A stretch of 64,000 bases of DNA. Source: Entomortierella parvispora E1425 (lineage: Eukaryota > Fungi > Mortierellomycota). The stretch lies in contig BQFW01000002.1 of the NCBI GenBank assembly GCA_020891255.1, forward strand, positions 2,108,001-2,172,000. The letters are read 5' to 3'. The notes below the pieces were generated by a model that made no database searches, was not told where the DNA came from, and saw nothing but the letters and a program-made list of their open reading frames with translations. The translations under genes were made by a program, and so were the position numbers. Shown here one piece after another: positions 47,945-62,148 of the stretch (the stretch's first letter is position 1; every line of letters begins with the position of its first letter).

Positions 47945-48371
47945 TTATTTTGAATCGCCCTCTTTGGGCTCGGACATGTTCTCCCTTAGCTTTTTCAGGC
48001 GTTGTTCGTTTCTCTTCAGCAGGATTCTGCGGACATTGGCTTTTTCAATATCAGCCATTTCTACCCAATTGTTGATTCTGGACATTGTGCCGTCTTCGTT
48101 GACCACTATAGGGAGCATTAAAAGTGTACAGATTAGCAGAAAACGCCGCATAGATTACTTTCATTCCAAAGAGCGAGATCTTACCAACTGGACCAAGAGC
48201 ATCCAGTTTGACATCCTTTCCATTCACCTCCAGCTGATGTCCATCCTTTGCTACGTCTTCTGGTGCAGGAAGGGTCAGTAGAGGCCGTGAGGTTGTGCTG
48301 GTCTGGGCGGTGTCCTTGGTCTCTTCGACAAAAGTCTTTGGAGGCGAAGTGAGATGTGTAGAGTGGGACAT
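47945..48371 (-). CDS. Small conserved uncharacterised protein, 115 aa
   Basis: Exons 48371-48185 and 48105-47945 are in frame. LLTLPAP...VKLDALGPV|VVNEDGTMSRINNW...EKANVRRILLKRNEQRL is a motif set I recall from unannotated fungal proteins. Confidence 0.8.
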
Positions 48372-48750
48372 TGACTTTGAAAGAGTAGACAGAATGGAGA
48401 AGGAAGGGGTTTGAGGAGTGGAAGGGAGAAGGAGCAGAAAGCGATGGGGGGAAAGCATGGAGGGTGGATCTAATGGATAGGAAGGCAATTGAAAGACACT
48501 CAGACAGAAATGGACACAGAAAGACAGAGAAACGCGCGTTGCAGCCCGTGCGATTGGATGTCGTTCCTTTCTTTCGTGTCCCCTGACTTGCTGCACCCTT
48601 TGTCATAATTCTCCCTCTAACGTCTTCGCCTCATCCAGCGTTCAAGTAGTGGCCATTCATCCTTTACCTCTCCCCTCTCCCCTCGGCTCCTCACCTTCGA
48701 ATTCTATCAGCTTCAAGCGCTCACTCTTCATTACTCACTCTCTCTGCACC

Positions 48751-51700
48751 ATGGCGACACCGCCAGACACCCGCCCATCCACCCCTGGCACTCCCATGAC
48801 CTCAACCGCGCGTGATGTCTTCGAGTTTGATGAGCGCCTCTTCTCTGCGGCCGGGGACTTGGACAAGCAAACCAGCCCTCCCTCCAACAGCAAACAGGAG
48901 CTTTTTGTCTTTCAATGGCTGGCGACAGTCGAGCGGGAGCTGAAAAGATGTGGCCACGTAGGTTTTCCCGCGGTTACAGGGGGCTGACTATCTCCAGAAC
49001 GATTTTAGCCCGGAAACTAATCCAGCTCTTTCTCGTCAACGTTGTAGGACACTTTTCGAATCGTACAACCAAACCTGGAGAGGCAACTTCTCAAGTTAAT
49101 ATCGATGCCGGTACCGAAGCCACGCCACCCTATCAGGAGACTTATCGCTCGTTGCTTTTTGTCGCTCTATGTCCGTGGAAACTCTTCTACCTTGTTCGAA
49201 ACGATCCAAATCTTGCAGAGTCTCATCGAGGCGGGGAAGGGCATGGGCGATAAGGATGTGAAGCTGTATGTCTGCACGCAGGACTAGGAGAACTTGAAGA
49301 CTCTAGGACACCGTCGTCTTCAATTGTTAACGTGATCTTTACTTATTCGTCTCGTAGTGCTGCTATCCATTGCATTGGTGTTATCATGGAGACAATCGGT
49401 GAAAAGGTCTGATACATTATGTTGGTCTTTCACTTTCCACACAGACACAAATATTGAACTGATAACCTAACGCATGACTTTTTTGTGAATGTTATCCTAC
49501 AGATCCTATCGCTGGTCCCTGATCTTGCCACATCTCTACTGAAAGTCGTCAAAACTGACAAGATAGTAGGTGACCAATATTTCCTGTATCAACTACTTCA
49601 TGATATCATGACCGCAACTGTCTAATTCTCTTTTACAGTACCCACTTATTCTTAGGGTGGAGGCGGCAGTTGCTCTTCGAAAAATTCTACAAGGTGCAGG
49701 AAGAGGATCAACGGATCTAACAAACAAGGATCTCCTGAAGACCCTGAAGATCACGCTCACGGACAAGGCTCTTATAATGCGATCTTCATCAGCAGAGGTA
49801 TTGACGGCTTACTCCATTAGTTTCAGGCTTATGGAATGGCGATACCATCGTCGCTAATCAAATCTCCATTTGTACAAAACCGTAGTGCCTTACGGCCCTT
49901 ATCAAGCATACTACCATCACATTCTCGAGGAGCGAACTAGAGTCATCTATCACATTGTTTCTGAAGGCCATGGATGATTCGACCCACGCGATCCGTAAAT
50001 CAACTGCTTCCCTAATTGCCACATTACTTCACTCCAAGTTCCAGCGAGGAGATAATCTGACGATGGCAAGCACCCAGCCCTTGCCTTCAGCTGCAGGAAA
50101 GCAAGGAGCTGTCGGTGACAATTTCACCCTGGACGTCACTGAGCTGATGAATCTACTCTCCAGCTCGTACAACAAACCAAACACAAGCCGTGCTGTTCGT
50201 GCAGGGATTGCAGAATGCTACGCGTCGCTGTTCATTATGTTGGGACCCTCAACTGTTGAAAAGCATTACGGAGTAATTCTCCGCCACTTGCTAGTGGAGC
50301 TCGTGTCAAATTCTAAGAACACTGTTTCAAGATTTGAGATTTTGACAGTACGGGAGCATGTCGAATATCTTCTTCGTGGCGTCATTGGCTCACGACTGCT
50401 TAGTGAATCGGGTCAGATCGCTTGTATCCGGGAACTTGTTGGTAGCTGGCTGAAAACTTGGCCATCTGTCATGCCTGGTGATATTGAACCATCAGAATTC
50501 ACTCTGATCAGTTCCTTAAACGAGACATCGGCCTTAATACTGGATCTTGGAGGAGCTGCAAGTTCAATTCAGGTAAGGCAACGTAACGTTACGACCAGAT
50601 GACGGCAATTCGCCATATATTTTACCTCGGATCTAAAATGTAGCCATTGCTCAATAGGATATTTTGATGTCATCTTTAACAAACTTGGTGTCCCACCCTT
50701 CTCGAGCGGTGCAAGTGGCAACAGCCTGGTGTCTTCGGTGCCTCTGCATCTCTCTGCCGACCAATCTCGCCAAGTTAATTCAAACTCTAAGTGCAAAGCT
50801 GTCTACAGATCTCGGTACAATTAGCAACAATGGTACAAACTTCCAGGACGTGTCGACACGTGCAATAGGTCTCGCATATGCGATCGGAGGACTGGTGACG
50901 GTTATCTCGATTCACCCGCTCTATGTGTCCTTTGAGATGAGCGCTCGCATTTTCTCCCTGGCGGCGCAGCTGATCAAGAATAGCGCCAACAAGGATATTC
51001 GCGTTGCGGCGGCACAAGTCCAAATTGCCTGGATTCTCATTGGATCGCTGATGTGTCTTGGTCCGAATTTTGTGCGCATGCATCTTCCTCAACTACTTCT
51101 ACTCTGGAAGAATGCCTTGCCCAAATTTACAGCGAAGGATGCCAGCAACACGACAAGAACAGAGTTGGATTGGGCGCTTATGGTTCATACCCGAGAATAT
51201 GCTTTGGGCTCAATCGCCAGCTTTTTGTTCCATAACAGCGACAAACTAGTGACTGTGGACGTCTCCAAGAGACTCTCAGCGTTGTTGTCCAACACGCTTA
51301 CATTTGCCGCGGTTGTTCCTACGTCTTTCCCTCAACAGCAGTCCACAACAGGAGTGAAACAGCAGCACGAAATTCTGAGCACCAAGTTCTCTGAGAGGGA
51401 TGATGCGCTTCGAAAAAGAATTTTCGAGTGCTTCATCGCCATGAGGCACACATCAGCATATGAGATGTATCACCCGGCGTTGATCAAGGCCGCATTGGAT
51501 GTATTTTCTGACCCAGATAGGACTTCTGGCACAGCAGTGACGAACGCTGTTTCTGCGGCATCTTTCACGACAGTATGGGCGGTCGATGATGGTTATGGCT
51601 ATGGCGTTACTGGAAAAGTGCAGGGAATGCGCTGTGATGTTGCAGGCAGGACAAGCGGGCGCACAGAAGAGATTATAGATGGTAAAGACTACGACCGCGC

Positions 51701-54700
51701 CAACTGGACCACAGACACGCTATTGAAGAAGCCCATCTTGGGCGCTCCAGAGCATGATCCACTCGTTGTCTACACAACGTACGCTTTGCCCTCCGCTGTC
51801 TCACAGTATTCGTTACCAAAGCCTCGGCCTACTGCCACAGGAGTCATCGATGCTGCGATTGAGCTATTTGCGATTCTACTCCCTTGTCAATCGTCTGCAC
51901 TTCAAGGATCCCTCATGGATGACTTGTCGAAAATGCTAAAGAGCTCGACACTGGATAAAAATCCTGGACGGAAGATGGCCATTCAAGTCAATGCAGTCGT
52001 TTCCATTTTAGGCGCCACCAAGTACGCAATGGCTGAGAGCAAGCGGTCCGAACAAAGGCCATTCGAGGGGCCTCTCGCTTCCTCTCTCTCACAATCAATT
52101 CTACGAGTAAGTAATGCGTGGCCTGACTAGAGATATGTATGTTGTAGCAATTTACTTTTGAGAACAAACCCTCGTTCTTATTGACATCTCTATAACGCAC
52201 TAGGACTCAATTGTCCATGCCGACCCGTACATCCGACTGGTGGCATGTGAGGCTCTAGGCCGATTGACAAGTCTCTTGGGAAGCTTGACTGTCTCTCACC
52301 AAATCAAATACCTTATGGACCAGGTTGTTGCTAACCGCGATCCAGATGCTCGAGCCGGATACGCGCTTGCCCTCGGCAATGTGTTTTCTCATTTGGGCGG
52401 TATGATGGCGGGAGGTCACCTGCGCTCCATTGTCGAGTACCTGACATCGCTGAGCCGAGACCCACATCCTATAGTTCACAAGTGGTCTCTACATTCTTTG
52501 GCCTTGACCATTGCCAGCGCAGGGTTGATGTATAGCCCATATGTCTCAAGCACACTCACAAACGTCGCTACTGTGTACATGGCAGAATCCCACGAGCCAG
52601 CAGGGGCAGGTTCAATTGCAACAGCGAACATAGCGATGCAGTCTGAACTGTCAGTATATCAGGAGCTGGGCCGTATTATCTACGGTTTGATTGGAATCCT
52701 GGGACCAGAGCTGCAGTCATCTGTCAAGGTCAGAGAGATCTGTGTGAGCTTGGTCGAGGAGCTGCGTAATGAGGATGACGAGCCGGTGATTGTGCAGGGA
52801 ATCCGCTGCACGCAGCACATTATTATGTTTGCCCCACTTCTTGTGGACATGTCGACTCTTGTGCCATTCCTGCAGGCTCGCCTTAGAAGAAGCACAGGAT
52901 TGAGTTTGAAGAAGGCTGCTATGACCTGCATGTACCAGCTTGTACAGCGTGATGTCAAGGCTGTCTTCCAGCACTCCATGGGCGGACTTGACGACCAATT
53001 CTTCAAACTCCTGGACACTGACCCGACACTTCAGGATGTTAAGGATGTTGTACGAAGTTGGATCACACAGACAGCACTGGAGCAGCCCAGTCAATGGATC
53101 GAAATTTGCCGAAAGGTTCTTTCAAGAACAGCCATTGATGAAGGTCAAGATGCTGATAATGTGAACTCTGCGGACGGCCCTGCAGAGTCCCAACAACAGG
53201 ACAACGCAGGGCAGGAGGATGATGGCGCAGGGGACGAGGATGATGATGGAGGCAACATGTTTGACAATAGGCCTAAGCCATCGAAACCAACAGGACATAT
53301 ACCAACGATTTCATCACAGCAGACCAGCTTGGAGTCTGCTCCTCCTGCTGCTGTTGAGAGGCCAGTGAAGACCGCTCCGGCCCTCCCGCCTCGATGGCGT
53401 ACACGTATCTTTGCACTTGAGTGCATTCGACAAGTCATTGATGTGGTTGCTACTAGTGGTATTCCCGATCACTTTGATCTCTCCGTGGCAAGACGTAAAA
53501 ACAAAAACTTCAAGGCAGACTTTTTAGTCTTGAAGGTAGCAGATCTGATCAAAATGACTGTTTACGCGGCATCGACTCCAATTCAAGAGATCCGCCTGGA
53601 GGGACTGTTGCTGCTACGACAAACCATTGAGCGGTTCAAATCAACGGCAGATCCCGAGGTCCTAGACAGTGTATTGCTGGAACAATATCAGGCCCAAATC
53701 GGTGCTGCTCTCACGCCGGCATTTACAGCAGAGAGTACGCCAGAGGTGGTGTCATTGGGAGTCAAGGTCTGCGCAGTCTATGTGGGAAGTGGCATTATTC
53801 AAGAGGTTGATCGCTTTGGCAGAGTCCTCAAGCTCTTAATAGGGGCCCTTGAAAAATGCAAGGATGACCAACGACTCACAGCTGTAGGTGATGTAACAGA
53901 CTTGACACCCCATGCATCCCAGATGATCAAGTGGGCTGTCTTGAATGCCTGGGCAGAACTTCAGGTTGCGAGCGTTCATTGTCAGTACTTGGTTGCAGTT
54001 CTTAAACCCAATCTTGAGGAATTATGCAAGCTGTGGGCCAAGGCACTCGAAGAGTACGCTCGCTCACGCATAGAGTCCGAGGCCGCTTTGTCCGGATCAG
54101 GTCACACTCTTGGAAGTAGCTCCTCCGGCTCAGGATTATTCGATGCCACATATACAGAATCAGGAAAGGAGACAGAAAAGAACGTAAGTCGCGACCAATG
54201 CTGTCTTCACTACGAGCCTACTTCACTACTGACCTGCTATATTTGGCAACCATATACTAACCCTTTCTTTTTTTTTCTGCAGTTTGACCAATCATCCTCA
54301 CTCAAGATCCTAGGCGCTGTCTCTACCTTAATCGACCAGAAGAACGATCACATGTTGGAGGCACTGATGAGAATTACTAATTCAGGGTCCGTACCCCCAG
54401 CGGAAGACGAGGAAGATGATAAAGCGGATCATCCTGAGGAAATTGACGGGCAGACATCGAAGGGTCATGAAGAGGCTGTTGAAACATCTGAGCCGTTCAC
54501 TACAAAAAGTGGAAAGGGTCCATTGAGGCTGATCCATGTCATTTTTGGTCTTTGCCTCGACATTTTGGCGAAGACGTCCTCTGCAGGATCCAGCGGCTCC
54601 ACGGTGAACAACCAGTCATCTGCCAATCTCTCAAACTTAGTGGCGACTGATGCTGCCCTGCAAGGTTCCCTTGCCGCTCTTCACTCAATTTTGGACCCAG

Positions 54701-56467
54701 CCTTTATCAGGGCACACTTTTTACAAGATGTATTTCTCGAGATGATGACCATTCTGGAGAGGGTCGCATGGATGGAGGGCAGTCGAGTACAGGGCCTCGT
54801 CGTCGGGGTAATTTCTAAAGTTATTCAGGGTTATGGTGAAAATCTTTTTTTCCAGAAGGTGGCCAAGAATACGAGCTCTGGAATTGCTTCATCCCCTCCC
54901 AGTGCTCTCATGCCGGAAAGTCGACTTCAGTCCATTGTACAACTGCTAGTTGAGCTTTACATGCAAAAAAGCACTGGAACTGGTATCAAATTTGGTAAAA
55001 GCTCAAGCGCAAGAGCAGGTCAAAAGGTAGCAATTGAGACTATCGAGCTGATGGGTCGCGTGACAGAGATGTTGACGGTGCTTGTCAAGACCGCGCCTGC
55101 CGATTACCAGCTTCATCTTGCCGCTGTAACTCTCAATGTCCTCGTTGGTAAGTCTTTCAGTATTGACATTGTGACATTAGTTCCCTAAGCAATAGCGGCT
55201 AATCCTACTGTTTTATTTCCCACTTTGCAGGTTTGCTCCGTGACCCATGTTTTCAAGCGGAGCTGGGACCCCACGTTCTCGTGAATCTTAAGTCCGTTAT
55301 GGAGGCACTGAGCAGTAATATCTCCTCATTGGATCCGAAGTTCCTGGAGTTAATTCTCAATGGCGCGTTGGGTGCACTTCTTAAGAATCAGGCATCCTTC
55401 GCTCCCGGAAAAGCCCTTGCCTCGGCATTGGAAGGTGAAGGATCGCTGGAGGGAGGACTCCAGTTGAACAGCGATGATCTTATTAATAGTATGACGACTA
55501 ATGCGCCAGAGGTAGACGCCGATATGGATGTTTCCCAGGTTGAAATCATCGAATGGTGCAATGGAGTGCTGGGCATGATGTTGATCCTGACGAACTGTAC
55601 AGAAGTTCATATTCGAAAGGGTTTCTTAGACCAGTTCGAGAGATTGGTCATGAGCAGCGTCGAAAGTAACATCGGCAGAGTAAGACTGAAGCGTTTACAG
55701 TATTTTTCGCGTGAGCGTAGACATAGAATCTAATTTCTTTTTTCTGTTGGGTCCTATAGATCATCACTGTTGGATATCAGTGCTTGAAGAGTATTGTATT
55801 GATTGAAGGCTCCCGAAAGGCGCCTGGCACAGGCAAGAGTAGTCAACGCCGAGCGCGCCAGTTTATGAGGCAGTTGATTCCGTTTGTAGTGACGACAGTT
55901 GTTGTCAAGTCTGCCCAGGCTTCCAGTCACGGCAACGATGATAAGTCCGGAATGCAGGTGATAGAAGAAGGTATCCAGACGCTCAAGAGCCTGGCGACAT
56001 CGTGCGCTGATGAAGCTCGTAAGTGGAGATTGAATCTACCCTTTTGTCTCTTGTTCACTTTTGATGATGTCTCTCACAATGCATATTCCTGTGGCCATAA
56101 TTTACTAGGGGTGGGCATAGTTTCGATCATCTTGTCGACTGTCGTTCCACTTTTGCAGGATGCCAAATCGGGCTTGTTACCATCTACGCAGACGAGGGCC
56201 ACCAGGGCAGAGTTGGTCCACACCCTGGCTCTAAACCACCTATTGTCTCTGGGAACTCAGTTTCCAGCGGAATTCCGGCAGGGTCTTCAGACACTCTCGG
56301 TGGAGAGGCGAACGCGGCTAGAGTCGGCGATCCGTCAGTCTGTTCTACAACAGCAGGAGCAGCAGCAGCAGCAGCAGGAAAAGGAGCTCCGAGAGCAAGA
56401 GCGCCTGGCGCGTGAGAGAGATCGAGTGAAGATTCAGCTCAAGAGCAGCTTCGCAGGGTTCACATAA
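48751..56467 (+). CDS. LAA1: HEAT-repeat protein HEATR5/Laa1 (AP-1 clathrin adaptor accessory protein)
   Basis: QELFVFQWLATVERELK, RHPIRRLIARCF, LWKNALPK, ACEALGRL, DPDARAGYALALG, PHPIVHKWSLHSL, PRWRTRIFALEC and LEQYQAQIGAALTPAF. About ten GT-AG introns join the large ORFs. Confidence 0.93.
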
Positions 56468-56556
56468 ACGGTCAAGGCGAGAGCGCAATGAATGAATGCC
56501 AAATAAAAATAAGAGAACTGTGCAACGCTCTCGTTCGTTTTATCGTCTTTCTTCTC

Positions 56557-56675
<119 letters not shown>

Positions 56676-57231
56676 TTCACTTTCTCCGCTCCCTTTGCAC
56701 TTCATCTCGGCGTTGTGCCCTCTCCTCTCTTCTTTCTTTTTCTCTTTCATTCTTCTGAAACGTAGACATTCAGACACACACCTCCCTTCTCTCATTCTCT
56801 AAACCATCGACATTCGCCAGAGACAGACAGGTATGCTTGTTCACACTCTTCTCCCCATGTTTCCCACATGAGACATTGCTTCCGCATGTCGCGTCATGAT
56901 ACCACTCGGTTTGTAGGACGCTGATAGACCATGGCCACCCCTTCCTCTGGGACAGGCAACGGCAGGATAGGACCGAAGAATTGGACTCAGGGACTCCTCA
57001 CACAGAGGAGACACACACGACCGTTGGCCTGGTGTTGGGGGAAGGGGAAAGAATCCTTGCTCCTCTGCTTTGCTCATCTCTCGTCTGACCATCATTCCCC
57101 CATCCTTCTCCTCCCCTTCTCATCATCATCCTTCTCCGTCTCATCCCATCTCATCTCATCTCATCATCTATTTCTGTATCATCTGCATCAACTGCTCTCC
57201 CTAACTGAACAGCTAGCATCCCCTGTCTCCG

Positions 57232-60200
57232 ATGCCAATGTCCCAGAGTACACGGTCTGACCAGTCGCAAGGACAATCGCAGGGAATGGTGCCCGAGATG
57301 ATGTCGGATGCGGCCTTGCAACAGGTCACCTCTGAACGCAACTCTCTACGGTCGCAAAATGATCAGCTCTGGAAGATCATCGAGAAGCAGCGCGTCATCA
57401 TCCAAAATCTCCAGAAAGATGTCGCCAAAGTTACTGCAGAGCGTGATCTTCTTCGCGCTTCGGTGCCTGTCCTGACTTCTGGGTCGTCCGATGCGTCTGC
57501 AGCCTTGCCTTTATCTGACGTTGGCCAGCCTTCGTTCGCGCAAGATCAGTCGGTTATGTCGCACCAGTACCAGCCGCAGCCCAATGGGCACCCTTTTCCT
57601 CAGCAAGGCCACCAATCCTCTAAGCGATCAATGGATAGAAAGCCCCAGGAGGTTGAGTCTTCAGGTCTTGAGCTCAGTGGGTTTTCGGGTGGCGAACGGG
57701 AGTCCGAGCTGGCCTTGGGCTTTAACCCCAATTCTTCATTCTCTTCGACCACCTCTTCGACTACGGACCATCGACATATCCAACAGCAGCCCCGCCAACT
57801 CCCGCAAGATCGACACTCGCCTAGACAGCACCGAGCGCAAGGACAGCCTGTCACTTTGCCACTGACCCCGTCCTCCACCTGCGCTGGTGACTTGAACGGC
57901 AAGGCAGAATTGGATGAAGAAGAGCCCATTTACGATAATAGCAATATACACCACCATGAGGACATTGTCCAACCATCCCCGACTGTCGGTCTGCAGCAGC
58001 ACCAATCGCCGGTTGCGCACCTTGAAAGAGAAGCACGCACGGGCTCGTCGCGTTCCGAGTCTGGCAACACGATCAATGGCAATAATAGTAGGCAACAAAC
58101 ACATGGGAGTACGAAATGCTTGAGCCGGCAATCTGTATCTTCGTGCTAACAAAAATGATGGTCATCCCAATTGCCCCCATAGGTAACCTTGGTCGTAATA
58201 TATCCGGTAACATCGCAATCCCTCCTCACCTTATGCCGCATTTACCACCGCGATCACCTCGACGCGAAAGACGAGATGATTATGCCGGATCTCCTGATAA
58301 CTCGGATAACGATGAAGAGACCCTTCCTGTGCCAGTGGGGTCCAGACGGAAACCCGCTGTGACGGGTCCAATTGTAACACCCACTAGGACCAAAAGTGAT
58401 TTTGATACAGATCACACAGTCCCAGCTTCACCTTCGGCTCAGCGTCTAGAGCACGATACCCAGGATTCGTATGGCTCATCTATTTCCAGAGGTCAAAACT
58501 TGGATTATGATTCTTCGCTACAACATTCTACCGGCGCCACACCAGGCTCGACCACTCCTGTCAAGTCTGTGTTCCAAGTATCACCCGCGACAGCCACCCG
58601 TAAGACTGTTTCTGGGCACATTCCCATCATCCCTACTGGGCTATCCAGTGGCCCTGGTGATGCCGGCCCCGCGTCACCGACTGGAGGCATAGGCTCGAAC
58701 GCAGCATCACCCATTGCAGCAATTATCGATCAAGATGCAGAAAAGTTTAGAGTATACATGAACAAACTTAGCAGCCCTAATCGAAAGCAGGCGCTGGGCC
58801 CTGCCCCCGGCGGTGCAGAGTCTCAAGATCATGCCGCTGCTCTTGGTCAAGCAGTGGCAATGGAGACCATCCAAGCTCAGATTGAGATTCAACAGCAGCT
58901 CGTTGGTCAAACCCAAGGTTCGATATCTCCTGAGCGATTTCCAAGTTGACCGCAAGCCGGGATTCTGCCATTGCAAGGGTGTCACTAACTCTCTCCTTTC
59001 TCTCTCTCTACTGTTTACAGGATTAGGAAGTCGCGGAGGACCGAATTCAGTGTACGCACAAGATCAATGGAATGCTAGGCCTTCGAACCTTGTGAATGGA
59101 GGGTTGGAGGCCGGTTCGAACGGTAGCATGGATACTCTTGGTAACCCTGAGGTCCATCGTAGCAACGAAAGTTTCCCACAAGACGAGCAAGGTGAAACTC
59201 GCGAGAGAAGAAGGCAATCTTCTCTCCCCGCATTCGAAAACTATCCCAAGATCGCTGTACGCTCGACTTCGCAACGCGGTGATGAGGATGATGGCTCCCG
59301 GGAGTTCGCACCTTTGCCCCCGAAGCGCTATGATTCCCAGCCCATGTTGGATCAGCAGAGTATCGCACGCTCAGCCTCACCAACACCTTCGGGCAACTCC
59401 TCTCTCTCAAACACACTCACAACTCCAGCCTCGGCTGGCTATTCGAGATCTGGACAGTTTAATCATCAGCAGGCTTTCAGTATGTTTGGTGATAATCTGG
59501 ATACGATCTGTGTCACCGTAGTGGGCAGTAACATCAAGACTAACGACAAAGGCAAGGAGTTGCTGACTTTCCTGGTGTCAATTCGACAAGAAGGAGGTGA
59601 TGAGATGTGGCGCGTCGAGAAACAGTACATGGACTTCGTCAATCTGGACTCAAAAGTAAGAAGGCATCTTGCACGCTCATCGGCTGCTATGTTTGCAAAT
59701 GTTTGCTAATAATTGCTTTCAACTACACTTTAGCTGCGAATTACGCAATCTAGGAACATTATTAATAGCCTCCCACGAGTCCCGGACAAGAGTTTGTTCA
59801 GCACGCACGCCCCATCTAAAGTGGATATGCGAAAGCTAGCACTGGAGCAGTTTCTTCAGCAACTGACCTCCCTTCGTATCAAGGATACTCGTGATCTTTG
59901 TGAATTCCTCAGTACTAATGTAGTAGAGCAGAAAGGCGGTTCCAAGGGTGGAAATGATCAGGGGTGGAAAGAAGGATACCTCACCAAGCGTGGAAAGAAC
60001 TTCGGTGGATGGAAGACTCGTTATTTCTCACTGAAGGGTCCAGTTTTGGAGTATTTCGATACAGTAAGTTTCTCTCTCTTAACCATCTTCGATCTGATGC
60101 TGGGATAGTTGCTTTGACTATGTTCTAACACATGACTCCTGTCTATGAGCAGAAAGATGGTCATCATCTAGGATCCATTGTTCTGACCTATGCCCAGATC

Positions 60201-62082
60201 GGACGGCAGCAAGCGCAGGAGAAGCCACAAGATGGAACCGGCGATAGCAAAGAAGGACCTGTCGATCCAAACTCTTACAGACATGCCTTCCTTATCCTCG
60301 AACCCAAGAAGGGAATGGCGGCAGATGTGAAGAGGAACCCAAACAATGTCACTCGCCACGTACTTTGTGCAGAAACGGATCAGGAGCGAGACGAGTGGGT
60401 GGATGCACTCTTATTGTACGTTGGAAAAGAACCTGCCGAACAACAGGAATCGAACGAAAAGGATCGCTCAGCACGCAAATTGCCTGAGATCCAAAAGATG
60501 GGAGCAACCCCCATCAGAGAGCTCGCGTCGGTGAAAGGAAACGAGAAGCTGTTATTGAATCAGGAAGCCTATGAGCGCCAACAAAGGTCCGTTCCACCCT
60601 CGCCCTCCGCACAACAGTTCCAGTCACAAGCCAGAGGTGCCAGCGTGCCTCAATCCCCCACAACCCAGGGCATGGCCTTGGATGATCGCCATTCCCAGGA
60701 CAGACAATCCGCAGAGGACCAGTATCCCGCAAACTCACGCAGTCAAAACTATAACCAGTTTGCTGAACAAGATTCTCAGTCAGGATCCTGGGGAGGACAA
60801 CAACCTTCACAGCAATACCATCAACATCAACAGGGTTACCAGCATCAACACCAATACCAGCAGCAGCAGCAGGTGACTCAGCAGCTCCCTCGAAATCAGT
60901 CTACACATTCTTTAACTCAAGATGAGGTAATTGCATTGCCTAGACTCAAACCAAAAAACTGTCACGGAGCTTTCTGTCTTGAAACTAATATGTTTTACTA
61001 CTCATATCCTCTAGGCAATGTTAAAGCCTTCGGGTGAAGTCCCGTCTTCAGCTGCGCATCTTTCCTCTGCCGAGGTTGCAGAGAAAAAGCAGAAGTCGAG
61101 AATGACCTTCCACTGGCCAAAGAAAGTGACCAAGGAAGACACACCAGCCCAAATGCCTCCAATTCAACCTGGAAGCAAGGATGCTTTGGGAAACCCTGCT
61201 GGAAATGACTCATCTAGGCTTCGGAATTTCTTGGGCAAGGGTCACCACAGCAGTGTAGGAGCACAGGCGCCTGGTCAAGGCACAAATTCAGGCAATTATC
61301 CTCATCTTGCGCCTATCCGACAGGTCTTTGGAGTTTCCTTGGAGCAAGCGGTTGACCAAGCCCGAGTTCAACCGGGCTATGAGCTTCCTGCTGTTGTATA
61401 CCGATGTATCGAGTATCTGAATGCACACAAGGCCAAGCTTGAGGAGGGAATTTACCGTCTTAATGGCTCTTCAGCTGTGATCAAGAATCTCAAGGACCGG
61501 TTCAATCACGACGGTGATGTACCTCTCTTGGCCAGCGACGAGTATTATGACATCCATGCTGTGGCTGGACTGCTGAAGCTCTTCCTGAGAGATTTGCCTT
61601 CTTCTGTTCTCACGAGAGAGTTGCACAAAGATTTCCTGCAGGTGATAGGTAAGCTAAGATTACAGGGCGTCAAGGGTTTACCCAGCTTATTTTTGTATTT
61701 TCCGATCCACACTCTAAGGCTATTGATTTGTCACTCTTTACGGCATGTAGAACTCTCCAACCGTGTCGACCGCGTCCAGGAACTTACTCGACTGGTGTCG
61801 GTCCTGCCTGAAGCAAACTATACTCTCCTCCGAGCCTTGACCGCTCATCTAATTGAGATTGTGGAAAATGCAGATGTCAACAAGATGACAGCAAGAAATG
61901 TTGGCATCGTCTTTTCTCCGACACTTGGAATTCCTGCTGGCGTATTCTCGCTGCTCATGTCGGATTTTGATGAAATCTTTGATACCAAGGACGGGCGTAT
62001 TATGCCGCTTGAAAACAGCGATCTCCATGGCATCCGAATGGCAGAGTCGAACGTTACTTCTGACGCCATGATGATGGCGTAA
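57232..62082 (+). CDS. BEM3: Bem3-like RhoGAP with PX, PH and RhoGAP domains
   Basis: N-terminal coiled coil LRSQNDQLWKIIEKQR. PX (WRVEKQYMDFVNLDSK...RKLALEQFLQQL), PH (KEGYLTKRGKNFGGWKTRYFSL) and RhoGAP (VFGVSLEQA, LPAVVYRCIEYL, EEGIYRLNG, NKMTARNVGIVFSPTL). Probable 5'UTR intron at 56831-57212. Confidence 0.9.
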
Positions 62083-62148
62083 TAATCCACCTAGAACCAC
62101 TTATCAAAACTTAATATAATCGTACGCCTATAATCTTTATGCCCTTTC

